Of a DNA stretch of 64,000 bases, positions 1-12,099 are shown piece by piece. The notes under the pieces were generated by a model. The model was not told the DNA's origin. It saw only the letters and a list, made by a program, of their open reading frames with translations, and did no database searches. The position numbers and the translations under genes are program-made. The stretch is taken from the NCBI RefSeq assembly GCF_018977255.1, contig NW_024704743.1, positions 59,150,001-59,214,000 of the forward strand, given 5' to 3'. The DNA comes from Callorhinchus milii. Lineage: Eukaryota. How positions within the stretch are numbered: position 1 is the first letter of the stretch; each line of letters opens with the position of its first letter.

Positions 1-209
1 TTTCAGACGCCGAGCAGTGAAGAGCTCTGTATCAAACGCAACGATTATTATTATTGTTGTTATTATATTAAATGTCAGGATTATTAATACAATAGAGCGC
101 AATCATACTTTACTGCAATGTGTATTCAGGTGTTCCCAACTTTATTTTTTGGGCAGTTTTCTTTTAAAACTTTTGTTGTGTGTGTTTTGTTGCCCTCTCC
201 CCTTTAATA

Positions 210-1325
210 TCCACATACTCCCCCTCCGTGACATCATCCGCAGACGTGGGGTCAACTGCCATATGTATGTGGATGACACCCGACTCTATCTTTCTGCCTC
301 CGCCCTCAACTCCAGGACCACTGCTGTCCTGACAGACTTCCTGTCGGACATCAAGTCCTGGATGAGGGGCAAATTTCCTACAGTTGAATGTGAACAAGAC
401 TGAGGCCCTCCTGATTGGCTCGAGCCAGCGCCTCAGCACCTCAGGCTATGGCAGCATCAACCTCCATGGTTTCACACTTCAACTCACCAACTTCAACTGA
501 CTCCTGCCAGTCAGGAACCCAGGTGTCTTGTTCGACCCTCAACTGACTTTTCTTCCCCACATTCAAGCCATGAGCCGCTCTGCCCTCCCTCACCTCTGTA
601 ACATCGCCCGACTCCGCCACTACCTCACCCCTCAGGCCTCTGAAACTCTTGTTCATGCCTTCATCACCTCCAGGCTCGACTATGCAAATGACCTGCTTGT
701 CGGCCTTCCCAACTCCTCCCTCCACAGACTGCAGATAATCCAGAACTCTGCAGCCCGTGTCCTCTCCCGCACCAAACTCCGTGACCCCATCTCCCCCACT
801 CTCGCCCGACTCCATTGGCTCTCTATCCTTCAGAGGATCCAGTTCAAGATCCTGGTCCTCACCTACAAAGCCCTCCATGGCCTCGCCCCACCCTACCCCT
901 GCGACCTGCTAACCCCCTACCAACCTGCCCGGTCCCTCCGCTCAGCCGGCTCCGGGCTGCTCCACGTCCCCCGACCCACCCGCCCCACCATTGGCGGGAG
1001 AGCCTTCAGCCACTCTGCCCCCAACCTCCGGAACTCCATCCCCCACTCACTCCGCCTCACCCCCTCCTTCAAGTCCCACCTCAAGACCCTCCTCTTCGAC
1101 TATGCCATCGGTCACCCCCCCCCTTCCCCTCCCTTCTCCCCCACCCCCCCCCTTCCCCTCTCCCCCCACCCCCCCCTTCCCCTCCCCTCCCCCCCACCCC
1201 CCCCTTCCCCTCCCTTCTCCCCCTGACCCCAGCTCGGGTCTGAAATGCTGTACACTGTCCAGCGCTTTGGGACGTCCTCCCGACGTGAAAGGCGCTGTAC
1301 AAATATAATCTTGTTGTTGTTGTTG
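210..1325 (+). mobile_element. L2-clade LINE 3' fragment with tail
   Basis: HMYVDDTRLY, LVHAFITSRLDY, QNSAAR, LHWL, RIQFKILVL motifs; 3' tail ending in (TTG)n. Confidence 0.9.
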
Positions 1326-1594
1326 TATTGGTGCAGAGCTCCAAATGATCTTAATGTGGGTTTATTATAACAATGCTATCAGTTTCAGGATGATGTGGTT
1401 GTAGTTTGTTCCCGTGTAAGACCTGTCAAATCTCATCACTCTGCGTGTGTTGTATTTAATAAAGATAAATTCAAAGGGAAACTTTTTTTTTGAGGGACAC
1501 AAATTACAACGTGTTCCGCCCACAGCGTCAGGGCAGAGATCTGCAGAACAGTGAAGGTGAAACCCCGGAATGTTTCTGGAGGTGTGAGCGACTC

Positions 1595-1659
1595 CGGGGG
1601 GAAGGCGATTGTGTGACACAGGGTCGGGGGGAAGGCGATTGTGTGACACAGGGTCGGGG
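1595..1659. repeat. 30-bp tandem duplication (about 2.2 copies)
   Basis: CGGGGGGAAGGCGATTGTGTGACACAGGGT at 1595-1624 and 1625-1654. Confidence 0.9.
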
Positions 1660-1750
1660 ACAGGAAGCAGTAAGTGAAGCCGTTTCCCGCCAATTCCTCC
1701 CGGAGCGGAGGAGCGAGGGCTGGAGTTCCTGACACGGCACAGGGAGGGCG

Positions 1751-1849
1751 ATGGCGGAGGTTCTGGCGGCGCCGCGCACCAGGATCAACACCGGCCTCAT
1801 CTCAGAGCACAGCGACAAACCCGTGTGCTTCGTGGGCAGAGTACAGAGG
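1751..1849 (+). CDS. RPA3: Replication protein A 14 kDa subunit, coding exon 1
   Basis: ATG at 1751; MAEVLAAPRTRINTGLISEHSDKPVCFVGRVQR resembles RPA3 N-terminus (PRxRIN...DKPVCFVGR); GT donor at 1850. Confidence 0.95.
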
Positions 1850-2690
1850 GTGAGACAGAGAGAGTGTGTGAGAGAGAGTGTGTGCAGAGGGTGTGTGTGA
1901 GAGGGAGTGTGTGTGTGAGAGGGAGTGTGTGCAGAGGTTGTGTGTGTGTGTGTGTGTGTGAGAGAGAGGGAGTGTGTGTGTGTGTGTGAGAGGGAGTGTG
2001 TGCAGAGGGAGGGTGTGAGTGGGAGTGTGTGCAGAGGGTGTGTGTGTGAGAGGGAGTGTGAGTGGGAGTGTGTGCAGAGGGAGGGTGTGTGTGTGTAGAG
2101 GGTGTGTGTGTGAGAGGGAGTGTGTGCAGAGGGTGTGAGTGAGAGGGAGTGTGTGCAGAGGGAGGGTATGTGTGTGTAGAGGGTGTGTGTGTGAGAGGGA
2201 GTGTGTGCAGAGGGTGTGAGTGAGAGGGAGTGTGTGCAGAGGGAGGGTGTGTGTGTGTAGAGGGTGTGTGTGTGAGAGGGAGTGTGTGCAGAGGGTGTGT
2301 GTGAGTGGGAGTGTGTGCAGATGGAGGGTGTGAGTGGGAGTGTGTGCAGAGGGTGTGTGTGAGTGGGAGTGTGCAGAGGGTGTGAGTGGGAGTGTGCAGA
2401 GGGTGTGAGTGAGAGGGAGTGTGTGCAGAGGGTGTGTGTGTGAGGGAGTGTGTGCAGAGGGTGTGTGTGAGTGGGAGTGTGCAGAGGGTGTGAGTGAGAG
2501 GGAGTGTGTGCAGAGGGAGGGTATGTGTGTGTAGAGGGTGTGTGTGTGAGAGGGAGTGTGTGCAGAGGGTGTGTGGGAGTGTGTGCAGATGGAGGGTGGG
2601 AGTGTGTGCAGAGGGTGTGTGTGAGTGGGAGTGTGCAGAGGGTGTGAGTGAGAGGGAGTGTGTGCAGAGTGGGAGTGTGTGAGAGAGCAG
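1850..2690. repeat. Complex GT/GA minisatellite at start of RPA3 intron 1
   Basis: Reiterated GAGAGGGAGTGTGTGCAGAGGGTGTGT-type units. Confidence 0.95.
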
Positions 2691-2795
2691 CGGGTGAGGG
2701 CGAGCGGAGGCTAAATGTGTAGGGGGTGAAGAGAGTGAGTTCAGAAGGTGTGAGAGTGTAGAGGGTGAAACGAGCCGACGCAATCCTTGATTTTT

Positions 2796-3084
2796 TGGTT
2801 AGAGCACTCGCCTCGCAAGTGAGAGACCTGGGTCCCGGCCGGGCGAAACCTTGGGAATGTTTCCTTACTCTACACGCCGAATAATAATCCCTCAAGAAAA
2901 AAACCAATAATAAATTGGTGACTTCAATCCACGACTGTTTATGGGACACTGCTGTACGCAATTGGCTGCCGCGATTCGACCACAAAAATGCAGTCAATTC
3001 ACTTTACAGTCTATTCTATGAAGCACTTCGAGACGTCTCGAAGATGTGAAAAGTGCTATATCAAATGCAAGGATTATTATTATT
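2796..3084 (+). mobile_element. tRNA-derived SINE (short subfamily)
   Basis: TGGTTAGAGCACTCGCC head, CTGTTT..GGGACA..GCTG..CGCAATTGGCTGCC core, (TTA)n tail. Confidence 0.85.
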
Positions 3085-3774
3085 TTGTTTGTCAGCCGAG
3101 TGAGTGCTTGACACATGCAGAAACCCATCACCCTTCTTAAGAGCTTCCAAACCAAACCGAGAGTTACGTGCATCTATAGAGTTCCACCCCTCTATAGGAA
3201 TGCTCACTCTCCCGGCAGGGAATCATCCTGCTTTCCTAGTTCCTATGGAATATTAACGGTAGGCTGGCAAAAGCCGAGCTTGGATACCCCGGAGTATGCT
3301 TTGTGATACTACTGGCTTAACCAGCTAAAACCACATAGCTTGCCATGGAGAACATTGCCTGGCAAGCTTTCCCATTGCCTATCTAGCTAGAACCACCCTA
3401 CCAGTTAGAGCTTTGTCTTGCAGGGTTGACAGGAGCTGAGTGGGAAGAATCCCTGTCCCCAGTGACTGGTCTGCCCTTCCAAGTACTACTGATTAACCGG
3501 GCTGGCTCCGCTGGCATCAGCAGTGCCCTGGAGTACTGCGGAGCTTCCTGGCTTAGGAACTGGGCTACTGATCCCAATCAGGTTCACTCAATTCTGGGTT
3601 GATTCAATTCTGACATTCCGTTGCCAAGCTTGACACCTGGGAGCCAGTTCAGATCCAATGCTTACCTTACCTTCCCCCATCCCCCCCTAGAAAGTCACCA
3701 GTTGGTCATTTCACATCTGAAAAGTGCAAGTTTGAACCCTCACTCGGAGGAATGTACGTGCAAGGAACTCGGTG

Positions 3775-4450
3775 CGATCTTCCTGATTGGCTCGCACCTC
3801 TGCACCTCAGGCACTGGCCGCATCAGCATCCACGGATGCACACTCCACCTCACCAAGCCAGTCAGGAACCTGGGTGTCTTGTTCGACCCTCAAATGTCCT
3901 GTTTCACCCATATCCATGACATGGCGCCTTGGGACGTCCTCCTGACGTGAAAGGCGCTTTATAAATGGAATCTTGTTGTTGTTGTTGTTGATGGCCCACT
4001 CTGCCTTCATCCACCTCTGGAACATTACCCAACTCTGTCACTGCCTCACCCCTCAGGCCACCGAAACCCTCATTCACGCATTTGTCACCTCAAGGCTCGA
4101 CTGTGGAAACTCTCTCCTTTGTCGGCCTCCCCAACTCTTCCCTCCACAGGCTGCAGATCATCCAGAATTCTGCAGCGCGTGTCCTCTCCCGCATCAGGCT
4201 CCGTGACCCCATCACCCACCCTCCCTCGGCTCCACTGGCTTCCCATCCTTCAGAGAATAGAATTCAAAATCCTCGTCCTTACCTTCAAGGCCCTCCACGG
4301 CCCCTCCTACCTCTGACCTGCTAACATATAATCCCTCATCCCAATCCTACTTCCCCCCCCCACTCGGGTCCTGATCCCTGATTGTTCGGTGCCATGGGAG
4401 GTTCTCCCATGGTGAAAGGCGCTTTACAAATGTAACTTTGTTGTTGTTCT
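3775..4450 (+). mobile_element. L2 fragments with an internal extra 3' tail
   Basis: VRNLGVLFD, AFVTSRLD, QNSAAR motifs; tails at ~3925-3990 and ~4400-4450. Confidence 0.8.
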
Positions 4451-5338
4451 TCCTGGTGGGAAACACAGCTCAGCATGAGATAAGTGGGAGCATTGCCACC
4501 ATCTTTCCACCCACAGCTTAGACACACAACCCTTACCATTAATTGATGATTCCAACAGTTGGAGGTGCGGAGCTTGATCAGCAGGTGCTTGTCTCTGTAA
4601 ACAAATCAAGGTGTGTTGGAGAGTGGGTGGGGGGGTAACAAACTGGTGTAACAAGTGGCTCAAAATTGCATCGAGTGTTGATCTTGAACACCTTTGTTTG
4701 TCCCCAAATTTCAGATTGCACTGAGTTGTGGGACATTTTTAAATTGACTTTTAATTTGGAAACCTATTTTCCACAGCTCTGAAAAAACTCTGCTGTCAAA
4801 TTAAGAAATTTATTTTCCATAATTCTGTGTGATCTTATATTTTAATAGGCAGGGATGTGCGACTTTAATACAAAATGCAGCCAAAGATTAGGTAGATGTT
4901 GGACCTTAGGTCTCCTGTTCACTCTTTTCATGCCCCTGACTTTTTTTTCTTTGTTTCCCTTTTTGTTTTCTGTGACATTTGGTATGTCAGTTGTAAATAC
5001 GTCAAAAAGAACTTTTAAAATGTACCTTTGCATTATTATTGTATCTTGGGAGAGTTTTTTTTTGATATTTAAAAAAAAGTGGTTAAAACTTGCTTACGCT
5101 TCTGTCTGTTGGTAGCTTTCATTAAATTGAAGAGATTTTTTGTAAAAAAAGACTCCATCAAAGCAAAACTCAATTTATTCATGACAACAAAAAGCGTATT
5201 ATAAATCGTGTGATTATTTTCCCATTTCCTATACATCTGTATTTTCGGATTTGACCTGACTGTGCCAGGAAATCTTGATAGGTTGTCACAAATTGCTACA
5301 CCTTACCCATCTGATATGTGCTGATATTCTTCAAACAG

Positions 5339-5413
5339 GTTCACCCCACCGGGACCTCATTTATTCTGCAAGATGGTGAAGGAAAGAATGTAACTGTGGA
5401 GTTGACTGATCCG
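5339..5413 (+). CDS. RPA3: RPA3 coding exon 2
   Basis: AG at 5337-5338, VHPTGTSFILQDGEGKNVTVELTDP, GTGAGT donor at 5414; phase 0/0. Confidence 0.95.
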
Positions 5414-5532
5414 GTGAGTCATTTTTTTAAAAAAAGGAAATTGAGTGTTTGGTTTCATTATTTTCATATTTAATTTTAGTATAGGCTGTACTGAAAACTT
5501 TCCTTTTTTTATAACAAACATGTCTGGTAACG

Positions 5533-5792
5533 AGTTCAATTCCAGGCAGGGCAAAACCTTGGGCAAGTTTCCTTACTCCACACGCCTAATAATAATCCCT
5601 CCAAAACAAAACAAAAATAAATTGGTCATTTTCAATCCACGACTGTTTGTGGGACACTGCTGTGTGCAATTGGCTGCCGTGTTTCGCCCACAAATATACG
5701 GTCAATTCAGTTTACAGCATATTCTGTGAAGCGCTTTGAGATGTCTGGAAGATGTGAAAAAGCGCCATATCAAGTGCAAGGATTATTATTAT
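5533..5792 (+). mobile_element. tRNA-derived SINE, 5' truncated
   Basis: B-box GAGTTCAATTCC, core and tail. Confidence 0.85.
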
Positions 5793-6455
5793 AGCAAGTT
5801 CCAAAGCTACAAAATATGACCTCTGGGTTCAAATGACGTCAAGTGTGATGAAACAGTATAAAAACTTTACCTTATGTTGGATTTACAGACCTTAAAGGGA
5901 AATGATTAAGGAAAGTGCACTCTATAAAATTCCATTTTTTAAAAAAAAAATCTTGTGTTTTTAAAGTGTCTTTAATGTTAATACATTAAAAAGGCAATTG
6001 CTGTCAAGTATAGTAATTGTTTTTATTAGCAAACATGGCAGTTGTTTTGCATGGGACAAAGTCCTGCAAATATTAACGAATAACCAATTTATGAGGAAGA
6101 TATTGTAGGAAACTCCCTTCTCTTTCAAATACTGCTATGGGATATTTAATGCCCTCCTGAATAGGCAGGAGGAACTTTCGTTTAACAATGTATCAGAGTG
6201 AGAAGGAATTGGGTGAGAGTGGGAATTGCTGTGGGAACTGCTGTCGTGAGTATTCAAGTGTTGTGCTGTTTACCATTGGTCTTGTGGCGCAACGCTACAG
6301 GGAGCAGCTGCAGCTATTTAGACTTAACCAATAACAAGCAACGTACTGATTACTCACCTGGTTAGGTGCTAATTCTAAATGGAGTGAGGCCGGAGTGAGA
6401 AGGAATTGGGTGTAAGGTTGTAGTATATCTTCTAAGGACAATAATAATAATTTGT

Positions 6456-6773
6456 GGAGTCCTGTAGCTCAGCGGTTAGAGCACTCGCTTTGCAAGCGAG
6501 AGACCTGAGTTCAATTCCAGGCAGAGGGCGAAACCTTGGGCAAGTTTCCTTACTCCACACAGAGCCTAATAATAATCCCTCCAAAACCAAAATAAAATAA
6601 ATTGGTCATTTTCAATCTGCGACTGTTTGTGGGACATTGCTGTGCGCAATTGGCTGCCGCGTTCACCCGTAAATATACAGTCAATTCACTTTACAGTGTG
6701 TTCTGTGAAGCGCTTTGGGACGTCCTCCCGACGTGAAAAGCGCTCTATCAAATGCAAGGATTATTATTATTAT
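6456..6773 (+). mobile_element. Full-length young SINE inserted in CR1 5' region
   Basis: GGAGTCCTGTAGCTCAGCGGTTAGAGC A-box, TTTGCAA anticodon-like loop, B-box, L2-like tail, (TTA)n. Confidence 0.92.
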
Positions 6774-8680
6774 AATATAGGTATAAAGAGAGTGAGAGGA
6801 GGGAATGGCCATGGCAGGTGATGTGTGAGGTATGTGGGAGTTGACGGAGGGCATCCTGAGCCCGGGCGACTTCATCTGCAGCAAAGGTCTGCAACTGAGG
6901 AAGCTCCTCCAGCTTAGAATAGCTGAGCTGGAGTCTCGGGTGGAGACACTGCGCAGCATTAGAGATGGGGAGAGCTTCCTGGACAGTTTCATCCTGGAGC
7001 CAGACACTCCCCCGAGTCCCAGGGAACATTCCGTTGCCAGCCACGGACAGGACTGGGTGACGGTCAGACAGGCGGGTAAGAGGACCCTAAAGAGAGGGGC
7101 AGAGGGACCCCAGGCTTTAACCTTGTCCAACAGGTATGAAATACTTGCAACCTGTGTGGATAAGGAAGTCTGTGAGGAAGATGGGCAAACTTACCCCAAC
7201 ACCTCTATACAGGAGGCCACACAAAGGGGAATAGTCAGAAAGGAATATAGTGGTAATTGGGGATGAGACAGTCAGGAAGATTGACGCACTTTTCTGCAGC
7301 CGTAGCAGGGAGACAAAAAGACTTGGTTGCCTTCCTGGGGCCAGGGTGAAGGACGTCACTTCCGGGCTGGAGAAAAATTTGAAGCAGGAGGGAGTGGATC
7401 CAATTGTTATGATTCACATAGGGACCAATGATGTAGGTAGGACAGGTAGGGGCGAGTTGAGGAGCAAGTTCCAGGAATTGGGAGTTAAGCTAAAGAGTAG
7501 AACTTCAAAGGTATTAATGTCGGGATTATTACCTGAGCCAGGGGCAAATTGGTACAGGCAAAAATAAAAATCTGAATACCTGGCTAAAACAGTGGAGGGC
7601 AGGCGTTTCACTTTATGGGCCACTGACACCAGTATAGGGGGAGACGGGAGCTATTCCAAAGGAATGGACTCCACCTAAACAGGGCTGGGACAAATGTCCT
7701 GGCGACACGAGACAGGGCTTTGAACTACTAAGGGAGGGGTTGGGGGGTAAAATCAATCACATGTAATCCATCACAATTAAAATTAGGACCGATGAAAGAG
7801 GGAGAGCAGATTAACGAGGGAGATGAGCAAAGTGTGTCAAGCCGGGAAAAGAAGCCCAGGGATAGGGTACTGGTGAATAGGTCTAATAACCTGAAGTCAG
7901 AATTAAGGGCGCTATATCTGAACTTGCAAAGCATTCGAAACAAGATAGATGAACTAATAGAAACAAACAGGTATGATCTACTAGCTATCACTGAGACGTG
8001 GTTACAGGGAGATCAAGGGTGGGAGCTAAATATTCCAGGGTACGTGGTGTATAGAAAAGATAGGCAATGTGGTAAACAAGGAGGGGGGTGGCCCTGCTAA
8101 TAAAGGATGGGATAAAAACAGTAGAGAGGAAAGATTTTAAATCAGAAAAGCAGGAAGTAGAGTCAGTATGGGTAGAGGTACGTAACAACAAGGGGCAGAA
8201 AACTCCAGTGGGAGTAGTTTATAGACCCCCGAACAGCAGTCACAGTATCTCTCAAGGTATAAATCAGGAAATTAGCCGAGCATATAGCAAAGGAAAAACA
8301 TTAATTGTGGGTGATTTTAATCTGCACATAGATTGGGACAACCAAATTGGGAAAAGTATGATAGAGGAAGAGTTTATAGAATGTATTAGGGATAATTATC
8401 CAGATCACTATGCCGAGGAGCCAACCAGGGAACAGGCCATATTAGATCTTGTTTTGTGCAATGAAGCAGGGCTGAGCAGCAAACTGGAAATTAAGGCTCC
8501 TCGAGGGCAACGTGATCATAATATGATGGAATTTAGCATTAAGTTAGAGAGAGAAGTAGTTAAGTCCGAAGCAAAGGTTTTAAATTTAAGTAGAGCCAAT
8601 TTTGCTGGTATGAGAGAGGATTTAGCCAAAATAAACTGGGAAATGAGATTTAAGGATTTGACAGTAGACCAGCAATGGCA

Positions 8681-8997
8681 GGAGTCCTGTAGCTCAGTGG
8701 TTAGAGCACTCGCTTTGCAAGTGAGAGACCTGAGTTCAATTCCAGGCAGAGGGCGAAACCTTGGGCAAGTTTCCTTACTCCACACACCTAATAATAATCC
8801 CTCCAAAACCAAAACAATAATAAATTGGTCATTTTCAATCTACGACTGTTTGTGGGACATTGCTGTGCGCAATTGGCTGCCGCGTTCGCCCACAAATATA
8901 CAGTCAATTCACTTTACAGTATATTCTGTGAAGCGCTTTGGGACGTCCTCCCGACATGAAAAGCGTTATATCAAATGCAAGGATTATTATTATTATT
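8681..8997 (+). mobile_element. Full-length young SINE inserted in CR1 ORF2
   Basis: Same consensus; removal restores ...QQWQ-TFKE... frame. Confidence 0.92.
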
Positions 8998-11117
8998 AAA
9001 CGTTTAAGGAGACAGTGCAAAATTCCCAGTGAGCACGTATTCCTTTGAGAAATAAGAATATCACGGGAAAGTTGGCCCAACCGTGGCTAACTAGAGCAGT
9101 TAGGGAAAGTATAAAGTTACAGGAAGAAGCCTATAAAACAGCTAAGATGAGTAGTAAACCCGAGGATTGGGAGAACATTAGGGATCAACAGAGGAGAACC
9201 GAAAAAGTGATTAAGAGGGAGAAAATGGAATATGAGGGCAAACCAGCGAAGAACATAAAGACAGACTGCAAGAGTTTTTATAAATATATAAAGAGGAAGA
9301 GGCTGTCAAAGGTAAATGTGGGTCCGCTACAGGCAGAGACGGGGGGAATTATAATAGGGGACAAAGACATGGCAGAGTCATTAAACAAGTACTTTGCTAC
9401 TGTCTTCACCTTAGAAGACACTGAAAACCTACCAAGAATAGAGGAGAACCAAGAAAACAATGTTAGCGAGCAACTTGGGGAAATTAATATTAGTAAATGA
9501 ATGGTTTTAGGTAAATTGTCAGGTCTTAAAACTGATAAATCTCCTGGACCTGATGGCCTACAGCCTAGGGTTTTAAAAGAGGTGGCTACTGAGATAGTGG
9601 ATGGCTTGTCTTTGATCTTCCAAAATTCTCTGGATTCTGGAATGGTTCCCATTGATTGGAAGATTGCAAACGTAACACCACTATTTAAGAAGAGTGGGAG
9701 AGAAAAGATGGGGAACTATAGACCAGTTAGTCTGACATCAGTGGTAGGGAAAATTCTTGAGTCCTTAATTAAAGATGTCGTTATGGGATTCCTGGAAGAC
9801 CATAAAAAGATTAGGCAGAGTCAACATGGCTTTACAAAAGGGAAGTCATGCTTAACGAATCTTTTAGAGTTTTTGGAGATGTATCTAGCAGGTTAGATAG
9901 GGGGGAACCAGTAGATGTAGTATATTTAGATTTTAAGAAGACATTTGACAAAGTGCCACGTAAAAGGCTATTGCACAAGGTTAGGGCCCACGGGATTAAT
10001 GGGAACATATTAGCATGGATTGAAGAGTGGCTAACGGGTAGAAAACAGAGAGTAGGGATAAACGGGTCATTCTCGAATTGGCAGGATGTGACTAGTGGAG
10101 TGCCACAAGGATCAGTGCTTGGGCCTCAGCTATTTACAATTTACATCAATGATCTAAACAAGGACATTGAATGTAACGTATCTAAATTCGCTAAACTAGG
10201 TGGGAGAGTAAGCTCTGAGGATGATGCAAGAAGATTGCAACAGGATATAGATAGGCTAGGGGAGTGGGCGAGTAGGTGGCAGATGGAATTTAATGTGGGG
10301 AAGTGTGAAGTTATTCACCTAGGTAGAAAAAATAGAAAAACAGATTATTTTCTAGAGGGGGAGAGATTAGATAGTGTTAGTGTTCAGAGATATTTGGGTG
10401 TCCTTGTACACCAGTCTCAAAAAGTTAGTTTGCAGGTGCAGCAAGCAACTAAGAAGGCAAACGGCATGTTAGCGTTCATTGCAAAAGGTTTAGAGTACAA
10501 GAGTAGGGAAGTCTTGCTGCAACTCTAGGGTCTTGGTGAGACCGCACCTAGAGTATTGTGTGCAGTTTTGGTCTCCTTATTTAAAAAGGACATACTTGCC
10601 CTAGAGGGGGTGCAGCGTAGATTCACTCGGTTAGTTCCTGGGATGAGGGGACTGACCTATGAGGATAGGCTGAATAAACTAGGGCTATATTCTCTAGAGT
10701 ACAGAAGAATTAGGGGAGATCTTATTGAAACATATAAGATTCTTAAAGGGCTGAATAAAGTAGACACTGAGGGTCTGTTTCCCCTGGTAGGAGAATCTAT
10801 AACCAGGGGTCACAGTCTTAAAATTAAGGGTCAGCCTTTTAGAACAGAGTTGAGGAAACATTTCTTCACTCAGAGGGGAGTGAATTTATGGAATTCACTA
10901 CCCCAGAAGGCTGTAGATGCTCAGTCCTTGAACATCTTCAAGGCTGAGACTGATAGATTTTTTTAAAAACAGAGGGATTAGGGGATAGGGCAGGTAATTA
11001 GAGTTAGGTCTGAAGATCAGCCATGATCTTATCAAATGGCGGGGAAGGCTCGAGGGGCCAAATGGCCTACTCCTACTCCTAATTCTTATGTATCTGAAGG
11101 ACGTTACCTCTGACAGT

Positions 11118-11800
11118 ACAGCGAGGAGGTCGGAGAGATGGGGAGGTGCCAGGGAGTGAAGGGATTTGAACACAAGTGTGAGAATCTTGAAGTTGATCCG
11201 TTTTGTGATGGAGAGCCAGTGGAGCCTGGCCAGAACTGGTGAGATGTGGGTACGGAGTTTGGTCCGGGTCAGTATGTGGGAAGCGGAGTTCTGAATGAGC
11301 TGAATTTTTTGAATAGCGGAGCTGGGGAGACCGGCGAGGAATGTGTTTGAGTAATCCAAGCGGGAGGTGCAAACGCATGCACGAGGGTTTGGGCTGCATT
11401 TGGGTAAGGTAAGGTCGGAGGCGGGCAATGTGGCGGAGGTTGAGGAAAGCAGTGCTGGTCAGGGATCGGATGTGGGGAAGGAAGGACAGCTGGTGGTCGA
11501 ACCAAACGTCTAGATTGCGCACTGGTTTGGTGAGTGAGAGCCCAGGGGGGTTGAGGAGTTCAGATCCACAGGAGTGAAGATGTTGACGGGAGCCAAGGAG
11601 TATGGCTTCCGTCTTGTCCACATTTAGCTGCGGGAAGTTGGCACTCATCTAGGCCCTGATGTCTGCCAGACAAGCTGATAGGACATCAGTGAATCTGGAG
11701 GAGGAAAAGTAGATTTGTGTGTCATCCACATACGTGTGGCAGTTTATCCTGTGTCTGGATGACATCGCCCAGAGGAAGCATATAGATAAGGAAAAGAAGA
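11118..11800 (-). mobile_element. L2 fragment
   Basis: QLNVDKTEAILLG, VRNLDVWFD, SRLDYSN, LHWL motifs. Confidence 0.85.
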
Positions 11801-12099
11801 TTGCTGAACAAAAACTTTGTGAACACTTTGAACACTACTGCCTATTTTTCCACATCATCTTTTTTTACTTATCCCACTTTCCAAACCATAACCCTTAATG
11901 TTTTTACTGCTCATGTGCTTATCCAGTTCCCTCTGGAAAGATTCTATTGATCCAGGCTCAATATCCACTTGTGGTAATGAATTCAGGACGTGCATTTGGC
12001 AAAGCTACAAACGGTATTTTTCAGAAAATAGTTGTATGAATTATTTTGAATTTCATGAAATTCCAAGCTTACATCCAACTTTATCTTATCTTTGATTGG

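Larger units (their letters stand above)
1500..1850. promoter_or_regulatory. CpG-rich RPA3 promoter with E2F-like and ETS-like motifs
   Basis: CpG-dense stretch before the ATG; TTTCCCGCC at 1683-1691 overlapping CCAAT at 1690-1694; CAGGAAG at 1661-1667. Confidence 0.6.
6195..11090 (+). mobile_element. Near full-length, inactivated CR1-clade LINE in RPA3 intron 2
   Basis: ORF1 remnants ~6800-7730 (ICSK/leucine-zipper region; SGNH esterase motifs CLPGARV, HIGTND); ORF2 ~7900-10966 with APE (ITETWL, VYRPP, GDFN) and RT (KSPGPDG, NYRPVSL, SGVPQGSVLGP); CR1 tail ...CCTACTCCTAATTCTTATG; stops, frameshifts and two SINE insertions. Confidence 0.92.

Noticed and set aside
1528..2997. Long His/Thr/Pro-rich ORFs (489 aa, 328 aa)
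   Set aside because: Artefacts of the GT/GA minisatellite lacking stop codons.
3755..3775. AAGGAACTCGG resembling large-subunit rRNA
   Set aside because: Only about 11 nt with no extended similarity.
6456..6530. tRNA-Ala(TGC)-like sequences at SINE heads
   Set aside because: They run directly into SINE body and tail with no Pol III terminator or complete acceptor stem; not tRNA genes.
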